Numbered from the whole stretch's first letter, positions 35,646 to 50,269 are shown. The stretch: 60,653 bases of DNA, filler included, from Sphacelaria rigidula (GCA_964200075.2; 8 parts of 8 records of this genome joined end to end with filler, not necessarily neighbours in it), one strand, 5' to 3'. A program made the numbers and translations. The notes: generated by a model from the letters alone, not told the origin.

Positions 35646-38045
35646 CAAATTGTCAAAGCCCAAATACTACGTACACCAGTACTGTAGGTACTGGTATGGA
35701 CCCGCAAGTACATGCGGTGGCGTTCGGAGCATGGCTCGGTGGATCACCAGCTGGAGACTACCGCGCTATGTTGTGCCACCGCACTATACTGGCATGACGC
35801 AGTCACCTGAGATTTGTGCAGCGGATCGGCTCCTCGCCGCACTGTAGCTGAACCCCCACTGTAGCCGAAAACGTATCCCCAAGGGCTATTATTCAGGTGG
35901 TGGCATACAGCGTATGATACGGTGCGGAATTCAACCTTAGTCGCATCCGCGGTTAATCTGACATTCTCGCCGAATCTTTTGTTTGACTGAACATCTCACA
36001 TTAGCTGATTACAACAATCCAGCCCGTGGTCAGGAGCAGCAAAAAAAAAGCAGAGTGAGAGTATGGGAATATTGTAGGCATAAACGGCCGCTGGATGGCC
36101 GTCCGAGCCCGGGACAGGCTTTCTTCCTCCGTGATCGTCGTGACAAGTGGGAGTGCAGTCGATCATGGTCGAGAAGGATGGTTGGTCGAGTGTTTTTAAA
36201 GGCTGTGTCTGCCGAAGTCTCAGCAGAAAATAGCCTTCGGTGAACGCAGGCGTATGTGAAGGAGGACAAGCTCACCGTTGTTGCGGTTCCATGCATTTCG
36301 CTTTCAGAGATTTCAACCTGCTTTTGTCCTGCTCAGTCGGCTCCCGGCGTTAGGAAGCGGGAGAGGGAGAAGAATTTCCGCAATGCTCCGGCCCTAAAAT
36401 GAAAACATCAATCAACCACATCTGCACGCGCGGGCTGCGGCGCGTATACTCGACACCAAATCAGCTGCGCCCTTCAGTAGTTTAGCAACGAACACAGGAA
36501 CCTGACAAATGGGGACGATATTCTTCTGTGGGAACGATCTCACGTGAGAAGTTGCAAATAAAATGGCAAAATGGTACCGGTCGAGGGCACTTTTGGACCC
36601 CTATGCAGATGGAACCATTGGTGTCCCCTCGCAGTAGGTAGTATATGCACTCGCGGAGGTCCGAGATGAGCTCGTTATTTTCCAGTTATCGTGTGCCGGA
36701 CACTCCCCGGTATGTTTTGTTGCGCTGTTGCGAGGCACCGCAGACTGAGCACGACTCGACATTACGGGACTGAAACGGACACTATGCCCACAGCTTGAGC
36801 GTGAATTTTGACTGGAGTGGGTGTGGCGTCGACCCCAGTCTATCCATACAAACGGACTGTAAGCGCGGACGCTGCTGTTTGGCAATGCTGTGCTGTGTGC
36901 ACGTGTGGGCGGTCGGGCGGCTGTATCTGTGTTTCACCGGAACAATGAAGCCGTGATCAATTTCCGTTACACCGTCGGATTGCCACGACCTATATAGATG
37001 GCTGCTGCTACTTGCTCGTGGTTTTTCAACAGCCATCCGCTTATCCTTGACAAGATAATCGCATCATTTTCATCATCCTGTACGCTTGTCACGGACGCGG
37101 CGCGGTTTGGTCTCTACCCGTTTCAGTCCCGTGATGCCGGGTCGTGCTCGGTGCACTGTACCTCGCAACAACGCAGCAAACATATGCCGGGATGTGTCCG
37201 GCTCACCATAACTGAAAAATATCTAGCCTGCCTCTGACCTCAGCAATTGCACCTACTAGCTACTGCAGGGGGACCTCAGTCGTTCCACCTGCAGAGGAAT
37301 CCAAAAGTACCTCTGACCGGTGCTATAGTGGTGGGTATTTGCAACTTCGGCGCAACTTCGTTTCCGTAAAAGAGTGTCGTCACCATTTTTCAGAATCCCG
37401 TGTTATTAGTTGTGGGTGTTTTTGTCACGTGTGCGTGTGCCGTGACTTGTCTGTGCGATTACGGCCGCTGTACGGCGGTGTTTGAAATTGGGAGATGACA
37501 GTGGCGCTAGCTCCGGGTTCTAATTCTTGTATTCACGAATAGCTATGCTGTGGCTTTTGCTGCATGTGCATGACCGCGATCGAATACAAACATACCAAGG
37601 GTTGGACGGATGAATGATTCGTTTGGAAATCACTTGATTTTAGTGTAATTGATTCGTACTGCACGAATCAGTTCTTGAGCTTTGTTTTCAGCGTTGCAAC
37701 CAAGGTATGCGCAGCCCAGGCACGTGGAATGGCGCAAAAATTGCGTGGAAACCTTCTTGACCAGCGTTCAACATTTTTTTTTTTTTTTAGTAATTGGTCC
37801 TGGAAAATTGTGGAATTGGTGATTCGAACCGGCGATGATTCGTCCGAACCGTGAAACATACGCCACGATAGTNNNNNNNNNNNNNNNNNNNNNNNNNNNN
37901 NNNNNNNNNNNNNNNNTTAATTAATTAANNNNNNNNNNNNNNNNNNNNNNNNNNNNNNNNNNNNNNNNNNNNTGCTCCAGGAAATGTCCACCCCAAAATT
38001 TTCAGTCACCTGCTGTATATATCGTTAGAGGTTTCATTTAGACTA

Positions 38046-38197
38046 GTGAGTTGACGCGGTGCGGGGGTGCTGACCGAATCCGCGAGACCAAAATGTAAGG
38101 CACATACCGGGGGAAAGATAGGTTGATCCCTCGCGACCACGGACTCTTCCCGAGGAAGGGGAGGGGTTCAAAGTGCGAGGAACAAAAAAAATAATAA
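38046..38197 (+). mobile_element. 5'-truncated SINE family A
   Basis: GTGAGTTGACGCGGTGCGG...CCCGAGGAAGGG...TTCAAAGTG followed by an A-rich tail. Confidence 0.85.
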
Positions 38198-40495
38198 TGG
38201 ATAATGGACGCTGTCTCCATACCGCATGAGAATTACTGGACATTCGTCTGTGTAGATGAGATATTGCTCTGAGACGATCTGAGAGAGTGAAATTGTCATC
38301 CATCCTTCGATAGGAAATGATACCAGTTAATGGGGTCTCCCAACACTCGTTCTTCATTTTTTGTTCCCATTATTTTTTACAAACTCCCCCTGTACTGTCG
38401 GACCACATGCACTTTCAACACTTCATGTGTGGTGACTTGATCCCGTGTAAGTTCTTGACACTCGAGAGTGAAACGCCCCCCTTCCCACCTCCCCCGGCCC
38501 AGATGGGCCGTGCACACAAAAAACGCCGTACCAATACAGCATCTTCTTTCTACCCCACTTTCTACTCCCGTAAATGAAAATTGAAGGTCCTCCATGATAC
38601 CGTAACTCCTACGCGACGGAGGTCCTCATCCCGCGTAGTATCATGATCAACCATAAGCCTTCCGCTGCTTCGAAATATGAAACGCGAGACATTAGAGTGG
38701 TACTGAACCCAACCAGCGCCACCCACGTCGCAGCTCTCCGAGGATTATTTCGTGTTTCTTGTTTGTAAGACAATGCACACTCGTGGAATGTCAGCATGTT
38801 TCCCCTCTTTTCCTCAAGCACAAGAAAAAAAACACAAAATCCGTACTCCTCTATCATTTTCATCAACAATACCTAAAACTACTATACTGCAAGTCTCAGT
38901 CAACTCCTCGAGTTATAAAATACACTCCCAACGCCAACACATGATGTATATAGCATCGTCATATGGAGTAACCTTACATATTTTTCTAATTACTACTCTC
39001 ACATCTATGAGACGTCAAATTTCCAGTCATCATCCACACGTCTATGGGTCGCCTGGGTGCCGCTGCAACAAGTCAATGGTCACATGCGAACATGAAACTC
39101 AAAGCCGGTGTACAAAGTGCTATGAATATTGTCAACAGAACGTCGAACTTAAGACCGCATCTTAGTTTTCATATATATATATTGGTCATCCCCCAATCTT
39201 CCCTTTTTCTTCCCCCTCCGTCGCCGTCTGCTGTATTCTGTTCTAAACCGTCTCACACGCACACCCACTACGATCCTACATCTTACCACAGGACCATACC
39301 GCGATTTGGTCGTACCATTCCCAAACCTTCAGGGCCCCCCGTAGGAAAATACCCCAGGGTTAAAAGTTCAATATTTCATAGTAGAGGTACCGTTTTTTCG
39401 CATAACCTCACCCAAGGTAGGACATGCAAGCAGCCTCCCCAGCCCCCACACCAACCGACCCAATAAAAAAAATCAAGTTTCGGGGGGTTCGCCACAATGA
39501 GCAAAAAGCGTCAAGTGTACAAAGCGTGCCACCTCATGTGGCACTTCGCCCCCAGTTGTCAACAAACAACACACGCAAAGAGCCACACGTGTTTTTCTCA
39601 TGCTTCCTCACTTTATCCCTTCCACTTGTTCTTTTTACACCCGTTCCCTGTCCGCGTAAGTCAACGTTCAGGAACAAGCCCAGCCAAACCAGCAAAGCCC
39701 CATTATTTCGTCTTCATCTTCACTTTTTCCGAAGGCAAGGGCAAGAGCTGTCACCGTTGATAACAGTGTCTTCCGACAAACAAAGAAAAACTCCGCGTGC
39801 ATCAACAAATCTGGCTTCGATTAAATTCGCACGCGTCTTTCGATCAAGCTGAAAGGTTTCCATTCTTCTCCATCTTTTTCGCCTCATACCTTGGGCGCGG
39901 CCACGCGGAGCTCGCCCGAGACAAGACAAGGACGGCTCAGACCTAAACAACACTGTTGCGCGTGGCGCTCCCCCCCCCCAAACGCTCTATTGATCTCACA
40001 TGCCCAAACTAAACCAAGCACATCACAGATTGGCAGAAGGACGCACGAAATCATGACTTGCCGATCGTAATCCGCAACAAATTCCACTCATGTCATCCCT
40101 CGTCGTCATTTTCATTTTGCGCGGAATTTTTCATGGAATGTGCCCTCGAAACCCGGATTTCGACACCAAATTTGCCGACCCCATGCCCGTCTACGGCTCC
40201 AACCTTCTTGCCTTGCTTATTGCCCATTGCTCGAAGGAATCTCAGCAAAACGCGAATTTTGTGAACAAATTCACCGTGGATATGGATTCGCCGTAAAATA
40301 CACGTTGAATTAGACACCACCAAGACAGAAAGGAGCACAAGGAACACTCACCCTTACTTTCGGGCTCTCACTCCGCCCCCCACCCCCACTGCCGCACCCA
40401 ATTTCCAACATAAACCATGGTGGGTTCGTGGGTTTTGGCGGGAAGAAGCAAGAAAAAAACGCACCGACGAGAAGCGAGGAGGCGTTCTTCCTGAT

Positions 40496-42348
40496 TCACT
40501 GCAAAAGGCGGTACGTCGATCCACCTCCGCGGCGCGCACTAGCCTCCAGCGGATCGATGTTGGAAAATCCAACCAGGTTGTAACCACTGCCGTCCATGGA
40601 CGGTACGTCACCGCTGCGGATAGCGGACGCCGGCACGGTGTTCGTGTGGGCGTCATCGTATGCGTTCAGGTACCGCTTGCCGAGGGGAGAAGTCACCAGT
40701 GCGCATCCCACGAAGCTCAGCGCCGAATCGTACGCGTCCGCTGCTCCGTCGAGGATGTTCGATAAAATACCATTTTGGTAGTCGTCGTCGTTCTTCGTCG
40801 CACCAGCACCATTCGAAACATTCTTTCTATTACCACGACTCACTCTTCTACCGACCTCCGAAATAGCGCGGGGCGCTCCTGGGGCCGCCAAGGTCCTCGC
40901 AGCAGACACCGACAGCACTTCCTTCACGTCATCACCACCGACACCATCAAAGTTGTTTTGTACATTTATATTACCTTCGCCACTGCCACCGCTACTGCGC
41001 ACACCCGCCATCGTTTCCTGCTCGGGCGAGATCGGGGTCACACCGTTGCTGCCGCCTCCGCCCAACACACGCCTGCGCGAGGGGAAACCCCCGCGGGATC
41101 GAAAACCCAGCAGCATTTGGATTCCATGCGGACAGCTGCCGCGCACAGCATGACCGCCACTACCGCCGCGACGCGCGACGGGGGCAACACGGAATGCAGC
41201 AGACCGTTCAGGATGCTTACCGCCAATCTCGGCGAGAGACATCCAGCGTTGATTCTGCTGGTCATTGGCGCGCGCTTGGCATATATCCATCTTGCCGCGG
41301 ACCACAGGGGAAGGTACAAACGCCATTCCGGGAAGTGGAGGCGTAGGTGCTGCTCCGCCGCGCCCGGCCCCGGTGGCTGCCGCCGCCGCTGCCTTTTTTG
41401 CGACCCAGGAGCCGCGCCGCAGCCACGCCTTCACGGTGCTGTGAAATCGCTCTTCGAGAGACGGCGCCCAGTCCGGAGTGTAATTGTCCACATCACCGTG
41501 GAGGAATTCATCCGGTACTCCCGTGCGCATGGCAAAATCATCGGGGGTTCTGGGTGTCAGCTGCCGCCTCTGTGCTTGCTGCAAATAGGATTTCGAGGAT
41601 TGATGGACGGGGGGAAGGGGGGCAGAGGCGACGGATGCGGACGAGAGAGATATCAGGTGTGTGTGCACAGAGCATAGCGAGAGGTGGTGTGGTGGGCGTG
41701 ACTCTCAATGACGGTTGGGGGGTGGGGGGGAGGGGGGGGGGGGGGGCAGTTCTGCGTTCGACGTTACTGGTGGACGTGGTTGATTCCTTGCACCTTCATC
41801 AGATTCGCAATTCTTCTTTGCAGTACCTCTCGGTTTTTGTTGCGGTCGGGGGTTGAACTTGCAGAGCCGTACAAGTATCAGCAACGTTTCAACGACTTGT
41901 GCGATGTCCTCACCCATGAATGATTACAAGTACAGGGCGAAAGACCAACGTGGTCCGCACCAGAGTGCGACCCGTCCTCTCGAGTATCGCAATTTGCCAA
42001 GCGGGATGCTCGCTAGAGCGCATGGGACAGCCGCACAGAACGATACTCAGAGTTGCGCTCGAACACGATACGTATTGGGAATCAGAATAGAGAGGACAGA
42101 TGGCTGCACGAAACACTGCTGGAACAAACGCCTCTTCACTGCAATGTACTAGTACTACTGGACAGTACAGGGCATTTTAGACCGCAACATCAACATGGCA
42201 CAATAGGTGTACCACTCACCGCAAACAGAGGGACAACGAAAAGTAGGCAATACATCAGATGACTAGCGTCTTGACACAAGCAAGCACTCACCAGCTGTCC
42301 TTCCGTAGCCACCAGATCACGGTTCGGGTAGCGGTTGCGCAGATATGC
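40496..42348 (-). CDS. 3' part of an unknown protein gene; exons 42292-42348 and 40496-41578
   Basis: 57-nt exon AYLRNRYPNRDLVATEGQL (acag|...CTG|gtgagt) joins in phase 0 to a 361-codon terminal exon (tttgcag|QAQRRQL...RLLQ*). Confidence 0.75.
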
Positions 42349-45300
42349 CTGTCCATCACACGTCGCTAACGTGCCCGGATGGCACACAAAAAAAAGTGCG
42401 ATTAGCCGTCCTAGAACGTAATGCGCAAAGACGCGTCGATGCTTATTCTTCTGCGGCGGCCCAAACAAATGCGGGGCAAAGGTCGTGAACGGGGAGTGCC
42501 GGACGAGGCACGGTCAATTGAACGGCGCGACGATTGGTCTGGGTTACGAGAAGCAGTACGTATATACCTGCTGCCACACATGGTAATCGATCTCAAGTCT
42601 TGGGGCAGTCATTTCGTTTCTAAAGTGTGTGTGGGCTGACGTCGCCTGTTTCGTATGATCATTTGACAGGAGTACCATAAATAGTAGACGACCGCGGCTG
42701 TTGGATTGTACCGCCGGGGGTATCCATCACCCCAACACAAGATACAGCACGCGCCTAACCAAGGCACGCTCTCCAGTGCAGAACGCACAACGCTTCAATC
42801 AAGCGGAGCAAAGACGACATACCATGGGGAGTCTTGGGTACATTCTCGGGGCTTTCCGTTTCCACCAAGTTCTCGAGGGGATGGCCGAAAGTTTGTGTAC
42901 CGGAGTGATCAATGGGGGGGAGAGTCGACAGTTGCCTGTTCGGATGTATGGTTGAAGCCCGTCATTTTTCACTGTTGACACTGCAAAAACAATGATGATT
43001 GAGAACAATAATAATAAAAAAACTCAACACCTGTACATTGAATTTATTCAAGCTTGTAAAAACATATGTACTGACTGTACGGCAGCTGAGAACAAACTTC
43101 TCAACACACCAGCGCTAGAGTACTAGCGGAGGGGGTCATGGTCGAAGCAGGGATGCTCCGGTAGGGGGGGGGAGGGGCTGAGCCAGATGATGGTGGCTGT
43201 GCTGGTGGTGATTGTAAGGTATGCAGCATGAGGCAAAGCACAGTAGTGTACTGTGTTGTCAGACCAAGGCACGTCCCAAATTCAATATTACATCCAAGTA
43301 AGTACGTACGCGCCCGTTACGCCCACTCACGCACTGCGAAAATATGGATCGTAGACCCCACCCTCCGAACCAACCCTCAGTCTCTACGCACGCATTGGCC
43401 GATACGCCGACTATATCCAACTCACGCTGCAGAGAAGGTCTGTCTGATCGGTGGGCTGGCGGGGGGTGTTCTGAGGATAAAGTAATACAACACTCGATGG
43501 CAGTCTTGATTGTGCAAAGGAACAAACTACTGCAGAGCTCAGCATGTGATGATTCTCGCGCGTTTTTGAGAACTACGACGGACGAGTTCCAAAGTGTAAC
43601 GGGAGCAAGGGAGCAAAGATGGACCATATTTGCTTGCAGCAAAACAACTGAGAAAACTTCAGCCCGCAGAAGACTCCGCGGGCGATGAAGACAGTACGGA
43701 CAAATGCTATTCATAGCCCCGACCACTACCTCCTGCCCATACCAGCGTACAGCACTGACCTGATGCCCAAATTGAGCCATGGAATGCGGCTGTCTCCTTT
43801 CTCGGTTCTTTGGTTGGATTGCGATCTGCGGCGGAGTTGGCGTTCCTTCTTTGCACCACCTCCTCAAGACAGAATACCAGTGCACGCGTTGCAGCTGGGT
43901 CGATGGAGTTGTGGGATGCTTGTGAGTTCGCTTACTTGATGTTTTTCTTTCTGCCTTATAGAGAATCTACGCGTGTTCCTCGGTTCTCCTTGGTCTCTCG
44001 CGGCAACAAAATGCACGTCTCTCTCGCACAGGATGTGTAAGCTGTTGGTCGTACGTTGTGTCTACCGAGGGCCGGAAATTTCTGTGGCCTGCATACATGG
44101 AACATGACAAAGTTGAAGATTTCACGAAACAATATGATTGGCCAGAAATCGACCGCAAAACAAAATGATTAGTCAAGAATGTTCTCGAATCCGCAACGGC
44201 AGATTCCGAAGAGAAAGATCGGAAAGGTCAATACTTGAACTTCGAGGTTCGGCCCTGTGACACGCCGTCACGACCCGACGCGTGTCACTGTTGCCGGGGT
44301 TTGGTTATCCATTTCTCCGTATTCCATCACTGATCCGTATTCCATCACTGAGCTTGGTGCTCTGCTCGATTATCTTATTATGTGGTGTGCAGTGCCGCAT
44401 CGAATGAACCACGAGAGATGTTGCCGGTGGATTTGAGGCAATTTTTCTCTCGTGAAAGAACAAGAGAAGGGAAGGAGAGCCAAACAGCTCCCAGCTATGA
44501 CACACACAGCGGCAGAAATGATGGCTGGGGGGAGATGCATTGATCCCTTGTGCGTCTTCTGTGGATGGCATCGCAGCAATAGTAGTCGAGATAATCGCGA
44601 TCGAAAGACGTGAATCGCACCATTTGTTTCTTCCCTGACCATGAGTACACAGTACAGGACAACCAGTACAGACAGCACAAGACCTTGGACCTTGCTTCGC
44701 TGCTCGATGGTGAAGAAACGTGACTGTCGTGCTTCCGTGCTTTCAGCACCGCATGAAAATGCCTCAGTGTTTCGACGGTCGGAGATGCACCAGCCGGCGT
44801 GCAAACACTACTGTTGTACTACTGCCCACCCCAAAGCTATGTTTGGAACACTCTGCTCTTTTACATTTGTAACTTTTGGAGTCTTTGTGTCCGGATATCC
44901 CTGCCGTGCTGAACAGATTCCTAATTGACTCGCATTTCTCGTTCGCATTTCACTCGCTCGCGTTTCACAGTGATGTCGCCAGTTTGGCCATGAACAGTAC
45001 AGCACATACTCGTGTCTGGGATCTGTCTCGTCACAACATGATGGATGGAATGTGAAGGGTCGGAGCGTAGCGGGATCTACGGTTTGTGTATAGGTACGAA
45101 TCGTTACATAACGGATTACGCTGCCGGATTACAGCGAAGCAAGAATCGGATTCAGCGTAATCGGGAAAAGGAGTAGTAACAACAACAGTACAGTACGGAA
45201 TTTATTCGGCAATATCGTCAAGCAACGCAGCAGGCGATTTCGTTTTTCTAGTTTAAATTATTCCAGATTCACAAGAGGAGCAAAGCTTTCATGAAGCCAC

Positions 45301-45566
45301 AGAGACGACGAATCTACGATCTTCGTGCTGCAAAATACTGAGGTTATAGGTTCCGAAATGATGAATATGACGATCAAAAAATGCAACGCAATGCAACTAG
45401 ACGGGAGACCAACGAAACCCAAATAGCACGGCAATGACGACGATCCAGAGACGTGGGGGGTGGGGGNNNNNNNNNNNNNNNNNNNNNNNNNNNNNNNNNN
45501 NNNNNNNNNNTTAATTAATTAANNNNNNNNNNNNNNNNNNNNNNNNNNNNNNNNNNNNNNNNNNNN

Positions 45567-45730
45567 ACTGAAGCAGCAGCTGCCGCTGCATACTCCGTCG
45601 CACGTTCTGGGCAATTCTCAGCTACCGAAATCAACTGCCTATATACCGCTTGTTCATCCCCGCCCACTTCATACATGTTAACTGCACACTGCAAGTCATC
45701 GGCAGAAAGATGAGCAGAACTCATGACGGT
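45567..45730 (-). CDS. Possible coding fragment at contig edge
   Basis: MSSAHLSADDLQCAVNMYEVGGDEQAVYRQLISVAENCPERATEYAAAAAAS runs off the contig; unidentified. Confidence 0.3.
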
Positions 45731-46860
45731 AGCTCCTTTTGCCTTTCCACAGCCCACCGGGGTTTAGTGCCTTGTGAAAATGACCACATTGTAGCATGTA
45801 CACTCCTTCCCGGTTTTTCCGGTCGACCCTGTGTTAGTGTAATTACTACGTTCTAGTATGAAATGGTGACCCCAAAAAAACACCGGAAAATTCGGAAACG
45901 CTATACTGAGTGCAAGTGATCAAGTTACCAAGTTCCGACCGCCCTGCACTTGGAAATCTGGGAAGGCTTTCCTGGGCTAGGGATAGGGCCCCAATACGAT
46001 CTTTGCAGTGGCATCACACTCGCCAACAATCCCCGCGCTGGTCGTTCGGGTCTGGTCAATAAATTTCGCCTCACCGTGATTGGGCAGGTCGCTCGAAGAC
46101 TTATTTTCTATTATTTCACCAACACATGGTCAACCCTGTGTTAGTGGGGGGTCGGTCCCAATAGGGCTGATCGTCTGATCACGAGGGAGGTGCCCATCTG
46201 CCAAAAAAACTGGGTCATTTTTGTTTTGTCATTGTTGAAACCCGCATGTTTAACAATTCCTATACCGTACGGAGATAGCGTCTATGTCCAGGTCTGTATG
46301 AAACTCGGAACGACATATACAGCGGATGATGACGAGTTTTGGTGTGGACATTCCCTGAAGCACGGGGAGACGATCGATACCCTCACCTTCGCCTAATTCG
46401 TTATCCATCTCAAGATACGGCGCATAGTGAATAATGATTGAAATAAGACAGCTTTCTTTTTCTTCATTTTCTGTTGGCTGTTTTTTCGGTCTTCAGGGGA
46501 GTTTTTAGGGGAAATGGACAATGCTCTCGCACCTTATTTCAATTTTTCAGCCCAATCTCAAGAAATGTTATTTGAAACTCATCATGGGGAATCACGAAGG
46601 CATGACGAAGAAAACAAAATGGACCTTCGCTTTTTTTTTTTGGAACGGTATGGGCGTTCTAGTGAAATATGGTCTTGACCATACTAAAACGTCCTAGAGA
46701 AGTGAAAAAAATAATACGAATCAACTTTTCTTACGCTTTTAATACATTTTGGCCTAGCGAGGTCCTACACAAAGATTCAAAACACAAGTACAAAACCTTG
46801 GTCGATAAATGGCCTGGAAAACACTGTTCCGAATTTCACCCAGCTCGGTTTCTAAATCAC

Positions 46861-47428
46861 CCCGCCCCGTCTCACCTCAATTTCGAGAGTTGGACTTTCA
46901 AATCTGGTGCTAAGTAAGAATAGGGCATGCTCAATTCAAATCGAACGGGACGGTCAGTTTTTTCTTCGGGAAGTAACGGCATTTTCCTGATGACTAGGTA
47001 CTGAATATTGCCACATACTTACGAAAAAAAACACCGTCTCTATCACTTTTTTCTCCGTGTGTTGTCGTCCCATTTATTCTGGGCACCAGTCTACACCTTT
47101 CGGTATATGTGGGCGCATCAGCCGGGATCACACAAGAGGAAGGTTAACACAGGAGCTTTTCTCTTCATCGTTTGTTTTTAATGTCCCACCTTCCTTCTGC
47201 GGTGCTTGCCTTTATTTTTCATCCCGAGAGGGGTTCAGCAGTCCCTTTCCCCTGTTGGGCATGGGGTGAGAAAAGATTCCAGATCGCTCCGGGAATCGAA
47301 CCCCATCAGAAGGCTACGAGGTTACCAACTGAGCCACCGGGGCGACCGGCTCTCCGTGCCCTATCAAAATATTTTGACGTACCAAATTTGAAAGTCCAAT
47401 TCGCAGAATTGAGGTGAGGCGGGGTCTG
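46861..47428. repeat. ~50-bp inverted repeat pair enclosing a SINE insertion
   Basis: CCCCG.CTCACCTCAATT...TTGGACTTTCAAAT.TGGT at 46861-46910, inverted at 47379-47428. Confidence 0.7.
47060..47350 (-). mobile_element. tRNA-derived SINE family B with TSD
   Basis: Minus-strand head GCCGGTCGCCCCGGTGGCTCAGTTGG...GGTTCGATTCCC; TSD TCTCCGTG (47052-47059, 47351-47358). Confidence 0.9.
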
Positions 47429-47505
47429 CAAACCACAATTTCGCGTCTAGGCTAGCCCAGCTCGTTTTTCAGCTGAAAAGTAGTGAGCAAAGAAGTTTTT
47501 TAGGG

Positions 47506-47606
47506 ACGTTGTTCGAAGTTTTTTCCTCATGAGCTGGGGACACTCTCAGCCCTAACTCCTTAGCCAAAACGTCCTTAGCTTATGAAGGAAAAAACTCGAA
47601 CAACGT
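47506..47606. mobile_element. Small MITE-like palindrome
   Basis: ~35-bp imperfect TIRs ACGTTGTTCGA.GTTTTT(T)CCT.CAT.AGCT. Confidence 0.7.
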
Positions 47607-47640
47607 GTCAGAAAAAATGCAAATATATAGGTTTGAGATC

Positions 47641-47950
47641 GCCGCGCCCCGGTGGTGTAATGGTCCGACTGTCGCTATTGGGGTGGCGAGAACGAGGGTT
47701 CGATTCCTGATGAGTTAGGTCTTTCCTTTGTAATATCTGATTTCCACGGTGGAAAGCGTGAGAACGTGAGTAAACGAAGTAGTAGACTGACTTTGTTTGA
47801 CGTGCGTTGACGCGGTGCGGGAGTGCTGGCCCAATCCGCGGGACCAGAATGCAAGGCGTGTACCGGGGGGAGAGATGGAATAATCCCTCGAGACCACGGA
47901 CTCGTCCCGAGGAAGGCGAGGGATTCAAAGCGCGACAAAAAAACAAAACA
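47641..47950 (+). mobile_element. tRNA-derived SINE family A (full length)
   Basis: A/B boxes, shared body, A-rich tail. Confidence 0.88.
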
Positions 47951-48349
47951 TGCCCATGCGATTCTCACATGAATTTCAGAAGCGCGACTTTCGGAAGCGA
48001 GGTGCACAACCGCCTGCAACGCTCAAATTCGTTTTGAGCCTGCCCCTGTTCATGCTGCAGTGCAGTACACCGCAGAACCGTGATATAGTACAGACAGTCA
48101 GTACGGTAGGTATTACATTTACGACAGTTCAATCTCAGTAGGGACGCAGTACCGTACAGGTACATCACCCCGAAAGTACAGTATTCCAGACTGTACTGCC
48201 CTACGACAGTGCTCCACACTGCAAGCACAGTGTCGCACGTTGACAGTAACAGTATCCGAGTAAGGATCTATGGATAAGGTAGCGGAAGGGGATAATGAAT
48301 CGATATGATTGTAGTGGATGGGATGAGATGGATTTCTCGTTGTTTCTAC

Positions 48350-48776
48350 ACGAGCTGGGCCATCCAAGAGTAGGTGTGAATCTCGCTCAGGCGACGTACG
48401 GCGCGATATTAGGGGTTGGACGCTGAAACTTTGGCAGCAGCTTTTAATGATCCAAATGCAGAAGATCACGTGAGCAGCAAAGAAAAGAAGAAGAAAAAAA
48501 GTTATGGGCACATGAAATTTCAGCAAAAACAAGATACTGTCATAAGTCCAGTAAAAAAAGGGGAATCTGCAGCTGCTTACGTGAAGTATCAGTTCCTTGG
48601 GTGCAAAAGGTCTGCCTGAAATTTCAGCTCAAGAGTCGTCGAATCGGGCCGTGCGTTCAACATTTTCTGTGGCGCTGGCGCACCCCTATAAATCAAGTGA
48701 TGGGAGACTCCAATTATGGAGGTCATGAGTTCGAATCCCGACAGATTCTCTCTTTTTTTTTCGTCCGTCTTGAAGG
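48350..48776 (+). repeat. Second copy of the repeat with a 3' tRNA-like unit
   Basis: Colinear with 6307-6736. Confidence 0.85.
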
Positions 48777-49900
48777 TCATACATTATGCAGTACATTTTT
48801 TTTCATGTTTTTTTTATTCAGCGTCGATGCCGTGTGTTACGAGGTTGATCTACACTTTACAGTCATATGCTTACATCGGGTTCATTCGGGAAACTGGGGA
48901 AAGTGTGGTGTGAGCAAGTTTTAGTCACTTTTAAGGTGGCCCAGCTCGTACATGTGGTATGAACGGGTGTTTGGTGTTCGGTTGCGGTGGATGAGATGGG
49001 ATAGGTTATTTGTTTTTTGGAGGGATTTTCGGACAAAGGGAACACAACAAATGCATGATCACGGTCATCGCGAAAGCGCATAGCGTCATTTTCGTCTGCC
49101 TCTTCGTATACATTGGCAAACTCCGCTCAAGTTATGAAGCACCTGCGTAACGAGGCTGCTGCAAACGACGGCACAGTCTGTGTTCCCATCCATGAGGCTG
49201 TCTACTGCCCCAAGTGAAAATAGAACATACGCCTCCTGCCATATCCTGATACGTCACCCGACGTACGTTTGGTGTGTACAGATTGAAGGCGGGACACAGT
49301 TTCTTCATAAAAATCTGTGTGCAGATTGAAGGCAAAGGGGTCAAATGTTATATATTTTCATTGTTCCCAACGTACGCGCTCTGCATCCAGGCCAGGTTGA
49401 GGTGCATCACATACACAATGTGATTATCATGATGTACTGAAGCTTCATCTACGTACAGGTACAGATTTGTGGGTCCCCATTTCCATTCTTATTTCCGGGC
49501 ATTAATTAGCCGATCTGTTGAAGTCGTGGTCACAGACGTAGCCTCGATTTTCCAGTACCGTTGATACTGACTGCTCCTTGCATCAGATGGCAGCGCCTAC
49601 TGGGCCGCTTCTCTCGAGACTCCGAAAAAAGCAAAGCAAAATAGAGAAATGAAAAAGGGAGAGGCACCAAGAAAACAAACGAGAAGAGGCCTGCCCCGAG
49701 CAGGTCGGGCTGTGGTGAAATAACCAAATTAGATGTGCCACTCAAGTGAACGAACTCGAGAGGAGAAGACAAAACAAGTACCCTCCGGGAAACTAGAATG
49801 TCAGCGAAAGTCAAATAGCATCCCCAGGTATCGTGGACAATAAACGGCGTCTATTGCGATGGCAATAAAATCTGCCGCAATGGACGCCAATGTGTATGGG

Positions 49901-50256
49901 ATGTGTGTGTTGTCGTCCCATCTATTTTGGACGCTGTTCTACGTTTTTCGATACATGTGGGCGCACCAGCCGGGGTCACACAGGAGAGAGGCCAACACAC
50001 GAGTTTTGTCTTCTTTGTCTGTTTCAGTTGTCCACCTTCCATCTGCGGTGCTTACTTTTCTTTTTTATCGTGAGAGACGTTCAGCAGTCCCTTTCCCTTG
50101 TCGATCATTAAGTCGAATGCTGTGTACCCACGACACAGTCGCTCTCCACTGTTGGGCATTGTGTGAGAAAAAGTCCCAGATCGCTCCGAGATTTGAACCC
50201 ATGACCCAACCCGTCAGAAGGTTTCGAGGTTACCACCTTAGCCACCGGGGCAACCG
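49901..50256 (-). mobile_element. tRNA-derived SINE family B
   Basis: Colinear with 47060-47350; (CA)n tail on the element strand. Confidence 0.88.
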
Positions 50257-50269
50257 ATAGGGTGCACAC

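Noticed and set aside
35279-35797. 172-aa ORF in the CAAGGGTCTGTCG family as a transposase
   Set aside because: Other copies have stops and frameshifts, and I recognise no catalytic motif in any frame.
41705-41917. Extra exon MGEDIAQVVETL...
   Set aside because: There is an in-frame stop just upstream with no acceptor AG, and the 42292 exon already joins the 41578 exon in phase.
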